Part shown: positions 1-12,575 of the stretch, one piece after another
How the letters are laid out: every line of letters begins with the position of its first letter
Numbering within the stretch: the stretch's first letter is position 1
Origin: Phoronis australis
Taxonomy: Eukaryota; Animalia; Phoronida
Direction: 5' to 3'
DNA: 64,000 nt
Assembly (NCBI GenBank): GCA_002633005.1
Contig: NMRA01000382.1
Span: forward strand, 124,001-188,000
Made by a program: the position numbers and the translations under genes
The notes under the pieces: model-generated
The model's database searches: none
What the model was told of the DNA's origin: nothing
The model's input: only the letters and a program-made list of their open reading frames with translations

Positions 1-940
1 TTCTTAAAAGTGTATCAATCCTTTGTTTACTTGGCCTTTTTTCGTCCACAAGCGTGTCAGTTCAATTTGAAATTCAAGAATTACAGTGGATGTTATGTCG
101 CCCGTTTTTTGAATTTGCTGATCGGTATTAGATTTTGGTTAAATAAGGCCATATTAAACTTCGTGTATTTCTATTTTCTATGATTTTTTGCAGTCTCACC
201 ACACACAGAACGCAGGAAAACACATATTTCATGGGCTTCACAAAGTTATCTGAACTGTTAACCTTTCGCGTAATGTGCAGATATTTTAGTGACAATGTGC
301 ATCTCGATTGACATTTATCGCATCGTCAACGTGACTGGATAAACCATGATGTAAATTTTGTGCAACCTATTCCCTAGGGCGGATTGTGCGTAAACCCTCC
401 TCTATTCCATATCCACACGACCCACAACCCCTTGACGTACTACTCAAAATGCCCTGGATTCACGACCTGTGGTAATAGATGTATCATTGCACATTTAACA
501 CATTTCATAATCATGTTACGTCGCTGAATGTCTTTCTTATAAGACTTACCTAACGCAAATCTGCTCTGGGTCAACTCTGTTAATTAAATAAAGAATGTGG
601 CGTGAGAACACGATCCGAAATACCTAAAGGGGATTTTGAGCGTGCTTGTGTCGTCTATAACCACCATTTGACACTGAAATCCCTTTTCCTTAATGTTGGT
701 CGATATTTGCTAAGGAGCAGTTGAAACACCCTCCACAAATGACATTTTCGTTGTTAATATACATGTCAAGAACGGAAGAAATTATTCCCAAAACGAACTA
801 CTGGTGTGCAATGTGAGCGTTCAAAAGCATAAGGACAGCCTGCAACATCCTCCTCGTTTTAAATATAACGCCCTTGATTTTTAAGTGTAAATCATTCTTG
901 GATAGAACACCTTCGCCCTTACTCTACTCCTAGCGATGGA

Positions 941-1232
941 TAGAATTATATATTTTACCACCCTATTGTTGCAAGAAGTTCATCTTTTTGATCACATCAC
1001 GTGACCTAATTAATATAAGTCCGAAAAGATTTCTGACCCCGACCAGGACTCGAACCCAGGACCTTTAGCTAACCGTGCAGACGCTCTAGCCACTGTGCCA
1101 TGGAGACCACTGTTCAGACACAGAAATCCAAACGGACTTATTAGTGGGCATCTTGCCCATGATCTCCAATGTGTGGGTATTTACAAATCCTACTGTTGAC
1201 AATAACTATTGGCGGATTTATTAGAACTATAT
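941..1232 (-). mobile_element. Small foldback element with a tRNA-derived (SINE-like) core at 1034-1108
   Basis: Minus strand reads GGTCTCCATGGCACAGTGGCTAGAGCG...GGGTTCGAGTCCTGGTCGGGGTCA with A box TGGCACAGTGG and B box GGTTCGAGTCC. Acceptor and anticodon stems are imperfect. An inner inverted repeat ATAAGTCCG (1015-1023) / CGGACTTAT (1133-1141) and degenerate outer arms flank it. Confidence 0.6.
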
Positions 1233-1645
1233 GTTTCTTGGGAAAAACATTAAATCCACCTTTTTGTTTTCGTAAACTGAAAAGCATCTGTTAACTTTTC
1301 AAGTCATCATTCAAACTACAGCAGCTCAAATTTAGCTGGTGTAAAATACCCAATGTCATCTAACCGGAAGCCACCAATAACACCCACTAGTGATATAAAA
1401 TTCGTGCAGTAATGGAACCTATCGAGTTAGAGGAAACAGTAAGAATAGCATTGCAATGAATAACTCATGCACACAAACGAGAAACACAACATTATGAGTC
1501 TCTCATAGTCAAAGTTTTTTTTTATATTTTTCATCTAATAGAAGATACATGCAATTCTAAAACCGCTCTGAATTGGTGGCATATTACAAATATTATTAAA
1601 AATCTCTTGGTCTATTTACGCCCACCTCTAGTCTAATTACACCGT

Positions 1646-1687
1646 CACGACGTTTCGTTCTGTCTATTCTCACAACATCGTCAGCTG
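1646..1687 (-). ncRNA. Minimal hammerhead ribozyme-like motif (left arm)
   Basis: Minus strand CAG-CTGACGA-T-GTTGTG-AGAATAGA-CAGAAC-GAAAC-GTC-GTG: core boxes intact, stem II 5/6 paired with a different sequence from the right arm, GUC triplet. Confidence 0.55.
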
Positions 1688-1863
1688 TTCCCGCGTTCTT
1701 AGAAGAAGGACTTCGTGGTGTAGTACATGTAGTTAAGGTGCTGGACTCGAATTATCTGTAGTTTCAGAAGTCGTGGGTTCAAACGTGCCTAGGACGAAAA
1801 ATCACACCTTGAGTGTACCATACAGTATGTATATCCGTGTTCGTTCTTCAAAGAACGTGGGAA

Positions 1864-1905
1864 CACCTGAAGATGACCGGATAATAGACCGACCGAAACG
1901 TTGTG
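1864..1905 (+). ncRNA. Minimal hammerhead ribozyme-like motif (right arm)
   Basis: CAC-CTGAAGA-T-GACCGG-ATAATAGA-CCGACC-GAAAC-GTT-GTG: CUGANGA and GAAA core boxes, stem II 4/6 paired, CAC/GTG stem I, GUH cleavage triplet. Confidence 0.55.
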
Positions 1906-2486
1906 GCAGTGTAAATAGGCTACAGGTCTGTGTGAATAGACCGAGAGATTTGCATAACTGTTGTAGAAGATAAATGTATGAGCACTAGCGTCGTTTTAAA
2001 CGTTGATTGACCTATTTGTTGTAGAAGCATTATTAAAAATCTTAGAAAAGGTTGCCTGTGTAATGACAGTAAGAATGTTATGCTTAAGAACGGCCTCACT
2101 CATATGTTCAGATAAAAAACTAGTACTCACGGTAATGGCCCCCACATGATTTTCTAAATGACTTGCAACATTGTGTCATTGAGGTTTCAGAAAATGTAAC
2201 GCACTTTTATGGATTTAAAATGGATATCTAAAAGGTTATTTCATGCTAGAAAAAGAAAAAGTGTTAAAATTTCGATCAACAGTTTTAACGACCTTTCTCG
2301 CGCAAACCACTACCAGATTTTGCACACACCCAGTTACACCAAATTTATAATTCAACTCCCCTATGTCAACCTCCACCTCACCACACAATCTAACTATCAC
2401 TTAACCAATCTTGATCATTATTGTACCTACATGCAAATAGTAACATGTACATTTCTCTCAATGTTTAAATTTGGAATGGCACTGAA

Positions 2487-2490
2487 GTGT

Positions 2491-2534
<44 letters not shown>

Positions 2535-2562
2535 GTGCGTGTGTGTGTGTGTTTGTGTGTGT
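2487..2562. repeat. (GT)n microsatellite
   Basis: Directly visible imperfect GT run. It produces the VCVC/THTH ORF artefacts. Confidence 0.97.
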
Positions 2563-3603
2563 TTTCAATATATTAACACCCGGACTAATACCCATATTTC
2601 TAAGAGATCTACACAGGTCAGGGATATCTTGCTGGTTAGCTGCAGTCAAATGCTAAAACTTATTTTGTCCAGTCAAGGGTCGTTGCAGAGGCAGTTTATT
2701 GGCAGTTCCAGCCCCCTAGTCTAAAAGCCACTTCATGTGAAAACACACATGCGCAGGTACTCCTTTTGGAATTAATGCTTAATTCAATTGTGAAAATAAA
2801 TAATGAAGTGGTGGTTTACAACTTCAGGTCTTTCGAGGTGTTTGAAACCGGTTAGCGTTACAATTTCGCAAAGCTGTTTTTGTGTAAAGGGTTATGATTA
2901 GGATAGGAATGTGTCATCGTGACGCTAATAAAACAGGGTACAAGTTTTATGATTTTTTCATTTCACTACCAAATAACGATTACTGTTGTTTTTTATAAAG
3001 TCACAAGAAGGTGCTTGATACAAACGTATTTATTAGCGGTTTTAATGCAGTATAGAAGACCCCAAACCCAAAGACCACAGGTCAGGCGAAAAAACATGAT
3101 ATGGTTCCATGTCGCGGAGGAAATAGATTACCTGACGAGAGAGAATGTACAGAGATGACCTAAACAAGAGATCGATGTTGAAAACGTACTTAACGAACAA
3201 CCTTCGTCAACTTAACACCCCAACCATTCAGCATTGATTGAGTACCGTGTGATTGATAAAACTTTTAGAAAGCATCCTAAACAGCAATGATATCGTTTTT
3301 ACCTATGAAATATGCCCCAGACCTATGACAAATGTCATCACAACTATGACAACAAAAAATGACTCTACTGTTGCGACGTCAACACCGACGAATATCCCAG
3401 TGTCTTAGTATTGCAAACTGAGTTCGGTTGTCAGTTTAAGTCACCGGCGGAAAGCCATTTCACCATGTCTTAAGTGGCTTGCAAAATCGAGGGTGCATTT
3501 TCAACAACAACTAGGTAGCGCACAATATATCGTGGTTGATGCTTTCTAAGTTTCTGAAAACTTTGTCAACCGTAGTGTCGCGGATTGTGTTTTTTTCTGG
3601 CAG

Positions 3604-3885
3604 AGACAAGCCTCGGGTGCAAAGTTGACGTTAAAGGAACTGGCTATAACGGTAAGATTAACTACGCCAGGGCTGGAGAAGAGTGCAGGGTTTGGAGTAG
3701 TCCTGAAGTTCAGAGGCACATGTCAACAAGTGAACGTTTAATGTCTTCTTATAACAGATGGTCAGGAGCCGTGAAACTTTCGAACTTCTGTCGAAATCCG
3801 GATAATGAGGAGGGCGGTCCTTGGTGTTACGTAAAAACACAGGATATACCGTCCTGGCATATTTGTGACATCAAAATTTGTGACG
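3604..3885 (+). CDS. Internal exon encoding one kringle domain
   Basis: Pyrimidine tract plus cag acceptor ending at 3603, G|gtaag donor at 3886. 282 nt, phase 1-1. Translation CKVDVKGTGYNGKINYARAGEECRVW...NFCRNPDNEEGGPWCY...WHICDIKIC has six Cys and the NxCRNPD / PWCY kringle signature. Confidence 0.93.
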
Positions 3886-6800
3886 GTAAGTTCTAGCACG
3901 CCACAGAATATGCAGATTTAGAAGATACCTGCCTGTGCATTTGGTATCATCCTACTATTTCAATTCTTACACATATTTCAATTTCATGTACTACTGAAAG
4001 ATACGTTAAGCTACTCCTATCGTCAAAGAACACCATTCGTCTGTAGTATACACATTAATTTGGTATCTGCGGTACAAATACATGTACGTCGCCCAGGCAC
4101 GAAACAAGCTCGCCCGATACGAATTCCGTCCTTATAAGTGTAACGTTATCTTATATTATGATACTTTGTCTAATATCTGCATGTGCAGCAAACTTGGTGG
4201 AAAATCATATTTTGATAAAACATATACATGTATACACGAACGAGAAAATACATGTACTTCCCATAATCACTCGCTCAATGACAAAACGCATTTCAGGGTT
4301 AAGCTGACACAGCTTCTAGTTTTAAGTTTCAATCCCTGTAATTGCACATTACATGTACATAGCAATTTATTGAAATAACTCAAGGAAAATGGCCAGAGTT
4401 ATGGTGTTTTTCTATGACGATGTAATGTGCTACATTGGACACGATAGAGGTTTTAATAGTGTCACAACATTCCAGGGCATAATGTATGTTTTGGAATGGT
4501 AGGTTGGATTCTGGAAAGTTCCATTATGTGTTTTGATTTTTTAAAATTTCGAGAAAATACTGACAGACCATGAATACCCACGCACAGATTAGAGGCAATG
4601 AGTTGGAAAGTTGAAATTGGGTTAATAGCCCATAGTCCTAGTTTATCTATATTTCACCGCCGTGGCTACTTTTGGGAGGCAACAGGACCCTTGTATTAAA
4701 TCCATCTACATATGTTCAAAATCAATTTCAAAAAAGTTCCCAACAGTGCACATGCATATTTAGTAAGAAGTTTAATCTAAAAGTTGAAAAAGATATCCTC
4801 TAGTAATATGTTAGCAACCAGGTGTCACTTAAATAATCAGCTCAGTCAGTCAAATGCCAGGGAAATATTGTGTCCGTACCTTTCCACGTCGTCTGCTTCA
4901 AGAAAGCATTCATCAGACTAAAGCCAGCTGATGTCATCCTGCTGGCTTGGCAAACTGTTTTACTTCTACTGTGTACGTTGGACGGTATTGATTTTGGATG
5001 GGTGTGCAAATAATTGCCATATTATCAAAGGCCAAATCTCGAAAACCAGCAGACATCATTTAGGAATTGAGGAAATCCAATTCAACAGGCAAGTGTCATG
5101 GACGCCTAGCACATGCGGGTGAATAATGAAATCAAGCCCATAAAGTTAATGAGGGAAGGCAAGCCCACAAAGCTCACGAGAAAAAGCAAGCCCTTAAGAC
5201 CGGACAGCAGACAGTGACTAAAAAACGGAAAAATAGTGTGCCAGCACCACGCAACCTTAACATATTTTGGTCACACGCTCAATAACATTCATTCCACGAG
5301 AGCACCAAAAGGTCTACTCTAGGTGATCGACTCTTTTGTGCTCATACAACGTGGTGAGATATGTTCAAAATTATATTTTATATTGGTTGGGCCAATACTT
5401 TTATAGTTAGAGCAATGGGAATATTTTGGCCCGAAAAGCCCATTTTCTTTTAAAAAAGTTTTAATTAATGAAGTTGTTTCAAAACGACTTAAAAGAAAGA
5501 GAAAGGGAAAACTTTGCATAACGATTGTGCAGGCTTTGGACCTCTCTATAAGATGACACTCTTTGCATTTTTAAAGGAGTTTCTGTTGACCTTCCTTAGA
5601 GTGTCAAAATTCGCTAATTTTTGTTCCATTTGAGGTGATCTGGTGGCCATTTTTCGGGGTGTCAGTGATGTCCAATAATAGTTTCCGAGGTTTGCTGTCT
5701 TACTAAAATTGAAATAGTAAAATAAATGGACGTTTTGTTTTGCCGTTAGAAACTACATACCATCGCCTATTTTACAGTGCCTAACTGCGGGAAATAGTAT
5801 ATCGTAAACATCATAAAGGGCTTCATTATTTTTTCGAACATGTTTCTATAATGATCAAATCAGATCACATAAATTGTTAGATAATTCTACTAATGCTGGC
5901 CCCTGGTGGCAGTTTCTATAACTAGATACATGTGGTGAAATTTCATGAAATTTTGCCTTAACGTTTCCATAGATGAAAGGACGACACGTGCATGTTTGAA
6001 AACGACCAGTCGATATTAATCTAGCATTCTTTTGCGATTGTTTTGTGGATGCTGTTGTATCTGGCGAAGAGTTTTGATTAATATCAAGACGTCGTTCACA
6101 TGCTGCATTCTAGGCTGATTGTTTTCGACTTCTTATTTCTAATTTGGACAAAACCTAATAATACTTACACGCATATCTAACCTGTGCCCAGATATGTCAC
6201 CTGCTAACTGATGGTATTCCCATAAGTTGAGTATTGGATTATTTTTCATTTTTACGTGATACTAATTGCTTAACCGATTCCACCCAAAACTGCATTTGTC
6301 ATTCTTGTCACACTCCATAACATAAAATTATATCTTTTAAAACATTGGATTCCGGGGTTTAAAACTATCAGCGTAGCTAAGTGAGGTCAATACAAAATTT
6401 AATTAATTTATTAAAATATGTTAACTTAACTGATCATCACGACCTTTTGCCACAGTAAGTAACTTCGAATTTCAGCAAGTTCGAAATTGGCATAACATTA
6501 TTGTTACCATGGTAAGCGATTTCCATTAAAACGTTCTCTCTAAACTGTAATTTGACAAAAATGATAATTAAACTATGAAGATACATGTACAGCACACATC
6601 ACGAATTTTTGGCCGCCCGGTCGGAAATTGGTCGACGACTAGCCGTCGACCGGTCGTCTAATTTGCCGACCGGTCGGCTAAAAATTAGCCGACCGGCAGC
6701 CGCCCGCAGTGCCGACTCATAAGGCGACTCCCCAGCCGACCCTTCAGCCGACCCTTCAGCCGACCGGCCATCAGCCGACCAGCTGGTCGGCTGCTATTTT

Positions 6801-8312
6801 TAGGCTAGAGTAGCAGTTGCGTAATAGGTTGTCAGGCTGATACCACTTTGCGTGTCGATGCATATTCGTCTTAGCACAGGGTCAAATAAATTAACCTAGT
6901 TTTACTGTCTCGGTTACATGAGTTCACGTCGGTTGTGTAATACCACTAATTCGAAGGTTGAAGGCAAGCGGTAATAGTAAACATTGGATTATGGACAATG
7001 CAACAAGTTTTGGATGAAAAACGTGAAAGTTTTCTTTACATTTGATCTTTAATTTGACTCGTGACGTTAACAAGATGTATTAGATCGGTTGCTTCCCGGT
7101 CAATACAACGCTGTAGTCATTTTGTAAACGCAGCTATTTTAGCAGTCTTCGCCCGCAGTTGATTTCAAGTTGTTTGTGTAACGCCAAACTGCATCTTTTT
7201 GCGTTTTTTTAAGTTAGTCACCGGTCTCCTGTCACGCGCCCATGATGATGGATTAGTGAGTGAGTTCTTACACCGCGAAAAGCTCTCACTCCAGGGATTT
7301 TATTTTCATAGTATTGACCCTTGCAGTACAGACGCGAAATTCACGGTCCAGTATGCCCTAAACCCACGGACTTCGATGGCTCTAACTTCGAAATCATATT
7401 ATGGTTACGATTTCCACGAACTAAGACGGTGACATCACCACTGTTGAGGCTACAGCAAAGTAGCCTTGCGCATTCCGTTTTCAGTGTATCGGTGACGTTA
7501 AAATCTGGGCTAGCAGTTACATGTATACACGTAGTCCCCTATCAGTTGGTCGTTCACGTTGTTCCAAAAATAAATATTTTCTGTCAACAACATATTGACA
7601 AATTATGCAAAATAAAACAATTGTGAACGGCAAGATGTGAATACGTGGTGAAGAGGTATTTGTCTCTACGCGGCATATGTGCGTGAAACTTTGGTAAAGC
7701 GATTGCGATGGCAAAAAATGATAGAAAATACACAAAGGTGCACTTTTGAGAAGCAAAGCGTCTGGTGATCTTGATAGCGTACATGTATGATCTGGCCACC
7801 TCAGGTAGTAAGTGACGCTGAATGAGAAGTGGTAACTACATGTTTGGCGCGAAAATAAAAAAATCATGCTTGTATTGCCAGCCACCCCCCTCCCCGAATT
7901 TTGCACATTCTAATGAGTCACCACTCGAGATTTGGTTCCGTTTCAGTCCTAAAATCGCATAATAATTCTGTGCTCAGCTGTAAGAAAAAATACAATTTTT
8001 TGAAACGGTGCTCAGTCTTAATAAAGTTTCCAGCATGAGAGCGCTTTGATCAGAAATGCCAAGCACACGCAGAGTTGTAAGACAGAGACGTTGGCGTTTC
8101 CGTATGTCCACAAAAGTGCTTTGAGCAGTGTGTACAAATTTGTTCATTTCGCTTTTCTGCACTGACGACTATGATCAACACGGTGTTTTAACTACACTTT
8201 TGAGTGCATTTTCAAAAATAAATGTTTGGTTGGTGAATTCAGCGAGTCGGTGCCCACGGGCAGGAAAACGTATCTGCGTAAATAAAGAGTTGCGTTTTCA
8301 AAACATTCAGAG

Positions 8313-8491
8313 CATGAGCTCAAGGACTACCTGAGACAGAAAATAAAACCGATTACCAAACAGAAACTTGTCCAATGAATATATAGCTCTTGGAAAACTG
8401 TTACCCCGAAGAAATGTGCAAAATACGAACGTCGTTTACGAAAGATTGTACCAGAAGTGATTCGTTGCAGTGGAGCCGCACGGGATAGTAA
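8313..8491 (+). pseudogene. C-terminal fragment of a Tc1-family DDE transposase, nested in family A element
   Basis: HELKDYLRQKIKPITKQKLVQ*IYSSWKTVTPKKCAKYERRLRKIVPEVIRCSGAA(TG) matches the recalled Tc1 C-terminal pattern WHELKxYLR..KP.TK.EL...I..FW..V...C.KY...L.KVIP.VI...G.ATGY. One stop and a terminal 1-bp deletion. Confidence 0.75.
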
Positions 8492-10124
8492 AAACACTGT
8501 GCTGTGCACTAGTTACCTGAATGGAAAGCTGAAGCGGAAAAATCCAGAACACACATTTTCTATTCAGGAATTGAAATCTCTGTAGAATCAAAAACAATTG
8601 GCAACCAGGATTTATTGCGTTAGAAAACTTATCACGCCCGGAGAGAATTGTTTTCATGCCCGGAGACTACGTGATCACCCATTATGCAATGATGACAATC
8701 CAGTGTGTACCTATACATTGGCATCTATTGTAAAACGTGGATTAGACGAAAGAAATTCAACCGCATTTCGAAGATAATATATCTGTTGTCGGCGAGAGGT
8801 TGAATATATAGCCCTTGTTTAGTATAGTACGGACAGTATCACTTTGAAAGATCAATGCTTGGGGATGGTGACGTGGTGTTCTGGCGTGAAAGTTACTGAC
8901 ATGGTAAGTTTTTGAACCTGACTTATTAAATTTTCAGTTCGGTCGTATTTTATTTTGATCCTGAAGTGAAGAATTTTTGGTCCTCACTTGATAAATTATA
9001 GGTGCTGATGTGATAAATTTTCAGTCTTGACGTGGTGAATTTGGTCTTTATTTGCTCTTTGGTCTTCTGTGTGAAAACAATCTCAATGTATTGGATTGTT
9101 TTAATTCCTGCTTAAGTAAAATGTCTGGTTTTGAGATATTTATTTTTGGTCCTGGAGAGTTTGCATGTTTTGCTTGGTTTTAATCATGCATAGAAAAGAT
9201 ATGTCGTTAAATGTTTCAAATTAGGCCTCCCATAAATGGGGGGAGAGCAGGTTGTGTAGCATCGTACTATGTAACTTCTAATATAAATCTAGGTGTTCGT
9301 GATTTAGTAATACTATGAAAAATGAGTAGTTATGACTATGAAAAATGAGTAGTTGAGGCTTCTTTTGAAATACTGTATCCTTTGTATATGCCTGGTGTAC
9401 ATGGCTCAGTGTGATATTATCTAAGCTTTATTATCCTCTATGGCTTAACAACTATATATCTTCATTCATGCCTGTAAAAGAGGTACTCCCAGGATCATCA
9501 AGCATGTGTATGTTTTTATTCTAATGAGGCGTGCTTCGAATGTACAATTAGTAATTATACTTTTGCAGTGGTTCATAACAAACGGATTCATTAAACCCAG
9601 TAAATATTTTTGCAACTGCTGACTCTGCATATCAGACGTGCATATTGCATCATACCTCATCAGAGTAAAACTTGTTATCAATCATAGTAGAAAAAATTAT
9701 TTTTATCATTGCCACAAGACGTTAACAAACGCAGTGAGTGTCTGTAACTGTTGTGTCTAGATTGCTGATGAACTAAAGTCGGTCTACATGTATTTCCATT
9801 TTTATATCACTGATTCATGCCAAAGGTTTGAAATTGCGCCCCTTTAAGAGTTTTGACTTGCCCTGTGATCACTAGAATCCGATGCAATAAACTTATAGAA
9901 GTTGTTTTTAACCAGTGTAATATAGCTGAAAATTGTGTGCGTTTTCGTTTGCGAGAGTGTTCTTTTTGAATCAATGGGTTAATCATTTTACGCTCTACAT
10001 GAAAACACAGACTACTTTTTTAGGATTACATGTACCAGGTTACCCCGAAAATATTATTTTCAAAGTTTTACCCCTTGGAGTATACGCGAAACGCCAAGTA
10101 TTGTGTTCTTACGCGAAAGGGCTC

Positions 10125-10850
10125 GGAAGGCTGTAGCCTTGGTGCGAAGCTGTTTACTAAATTAAATATACAAATTTGCGCCATTGTGGGTAAAAACTGA
10201 CCGAATAAAATCTTCCTAGAGTAAACTAAATTATTTACCAGCGTTGCAAAAAATGGTTTTCTACAATTATTCTGCTGCTAAAGTTATGTTGTGATCTTAT
10301 GCGTCGACTTTCGCCCCAATGAAATATTGCGTCACCTTTTAGCCAGTTTCTTTTTCCCAGATTCTTCAATCAAACGTTCTCCCTCGAGGTTACGTAAACG
10401 TCACAACAAATGATCAGAATTGGTTTCACTTCATTATATGTTTTTGGAATTTTGATATCAGTGAACCGAATTTTAGAACAAATTTTGCTGAGATGTGTTC
10501 ATCATCTAATGGGAGATGTTGAAAACATTTTGGAAGTGGCGCGTGTCACAATGAACTTTTTTCAAAACGACGATATACGTTTTTTCGTTAAAAAGGCAGA
10601 GAATTACGCAAGAAGATGACGTCGGATGTTTCTCACTTAAACGGCCGTAACGTGCAACTTGAATGCCAATTGACTTCCAGATTTTGCATGCACACCCGCC
10701 AGTCTTGAGCTCATGTTGATACAAGTTTTTCGACGAGGTGACAAACGTAACTATCCGGGCTGTGTGAAGTATCGAGGTCTGTTTGGTCTCAATAAGCAGT
10801 GGCACCTTGCTGTATTTTGAAAATAGTCTTCATGCAACTAGCTGGCTACA
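10125..10850 (+). repeat. Old dispersed repeat, copy 1 (inverted copy at ~31990-32720)
   Basis: Collinear shared blocks by eye: GTAGCCTTGG, AAATATTGCGTCA, GATTCTTCAATCAA, TTCAAAACGAC, AATAGTCTTCAT..TAGCTGGCT. Confidence 0.7.
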
Positions 10851-12360
10851 TAGGAAGGCTCTAGTTTCGAAAAGATGTTTTACTGCGAAAGTGACAACAA
10901 TTTCTGAATGATGATGGATGATGGATGACACTATAAACCGATCAGTCTTCCGTTTTCATGCGCCCATGCTTTAATATCGGCGCTATGTTCAAACCATTGT
11001 TTATGTTGTTTCTAAAATAAAATTGGGTTCTATTGCTGTACCAACATATTAAGAAATTATACAGAAATAAGCAATAATTATCTGTGGTAAATCGCAATAT
11101 ACAGCGTGATGAAGTGATCATCAAGAGCAATAACGGATGAGCGCAAATGCGTGATGCTTGTTGAGCATTCCGCTGCATGAAAACACTTGAGGTCGTGTAT
11201 TGAGTGTTGTATTCTGATTGTTATGCAATTTTACTGTAAATTTCAAATTTCGTGCTTGTTTTTGTGCAAAATGTACTGTATAAAAAGTCTCATATCTAAA
11301 TTTAGAAATTATGCTTCCGCGATATCACTTAACGTTTGATTTTACCACGCCGTCATTAATTCAACATAAAGTTTTAGGCTGGTGTAGTGTCACGCACTTC
11401 GTATTTGTAGGTTGATTCGATTTTATTTCCTTTCAATTGTTGAACAAAACTTTATAAACCGATGTCAAGACCTGAGTTGCCAGTGGTGAACGAACAGCGA
11501 ACAGTAAAATGTTTGTTTGGCCAAAGTTCACCCGTTAAGTCATAAAATGGTAATTGCCGACCAAGGACACGCTTAATCCGAATTGGTCGTCTACGCTAGA
11601 AGACCACTTAGCCGACCCAAGTGCCGACCACAGAGGCGACTCAGTAGACGGCTCCTAGCCGACCGTTGTTGGTCGGCTGCTGGTCGGCTAGACGACCGGT
11701 CGACGGCCGGTCGTCGACCAATTTCCGACCGGTCGGCCAAAAATTCGTGATGTGTGCTGTATGAGGCTCAAGGATTGTGTAAGCTTCAATCCTTATCATT
11801 AAAATGTAACCCTTTTCAATCTGTAAATCAAGTAATATTTTTCGCATTTGTTGTTTTGATATATCTTGAAGCACAAAGTATCGAGTTGCATGTTCTTCAA
11901 AAGCACATTTTAACGCATAAAACCTCTACAAATAAGTCTCCCATTGTGAATCATGATAATATCTCGAAGAAAAGACTTTTCAACAAAAACCTATTTCAAA
12001 ACAAGTCCAACCAATTCATATTTAAATAAATACAATATTCATAATAGTTACGACCAAAACACCGGAAATTGTATAAAACTGCTTTTTGATATCACCGTGA
12101 CCACACAGATAGTTTAACATGCCTTTCACTACAGCAAAATTTGCCATGTTGTCCGTGAATTATGAGGAGTCTCGTTAACTTACATCTGCGTGCTTATATT
12201 TTGGTGTTAATTCTTGGATTGTGCAGAATACTAGGTAAAGATATGTGTCACTTATGTGTACTGTTATAATACTGATGAAAAGAATTTTAAGCGCTTTTAA
12301 ACTTCTAACATATGACAATGACATCCAAGATGGCCGACCCGATCAAAACAGTAAGAGCTA

Positions 12361-12561
12361 TTATACCACAATATCAGCCTCGAATGGCAAATACAACCGT
12401 GTAATAACCGATTTAGTTATCTCACTAATGAGATAACATTTTGGCTGGAAACCAAGGCCGGTTTCGAACCCGGGCCTCAAGAGTTTCGGTCGCTGACTTT
12501 ATGATTACACCAATCAGCGGCTGACGTCATCGAGCGTGAAAATAGAATACTCAAATGAGCA
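12361..12561 (-). mobile_element. Truncated copy of a tRNA-cassette element (Crypton-like termini)
   Basis: Reverse complement of ~27457-27658. Begins TTATACCAC and contains the tRNA-like segment and the GTTATCTCACTAATGAGATAAC hairpin. Confidence 0.75.
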
Positions 12562-12575
12562 ATGATCGCATTTTC

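Larger units (their letters stand above)
1592..2042 (+). mobile_element. Non-autonomous Penelope/retrozyme-like element: inverted ~110 bp arms around a tRNA-like cassette, candidate 14-bp TSD
   Basis: Arms ~1601-1710 and ~1841-1951 are reverse complements (about 80% by eye). Central tRNA-like sequence ~1708-1795 (TGGTGTAGT...GGTTCAAAC). ATTATTAAAAATCT occurs at 1592-1605 and 2029-2042. Confidence 0.65.
6588..11761 (+). mobile_element. 5.2 kb non-autonomous EnSpm/CACTA-like DNA transposon (family A)
   Basis: TIR TACAGCACACATCACGAATTTTTGGCCG... / ...CGGCCAAAAATTCGTGATGTGTGCTGTA (~70 bp). 2-bp flanks TG/TG (alternatively TA/TA with CAG..CTG ends). Subterminal arrays of GCCGACC/GGTCGGC at 6610-6795 and 11555-11740. 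Confidence 0.8.

Noticed and set aside
1034-1108. Functional tRNA gene (also 27497-27569 and ~40500-40565)
   Set aside because: A/B boxes are present but acceptor and anticodon stems do not pair properly, and all sit inside repeats.
2209-2724. 171-aa ORF and antisense His/Thr-rich ORF
   Set aside because: They are open because of the (GT)n microsatellite. No domain or splice support.
4880-4916. Another hammerhead-like motif on the minus strand (CTGATGA-A-TGCTT..AAGCA)
   Set aside because: The GAAA box is missing (GACG follows). At most a decayed Penelope end.
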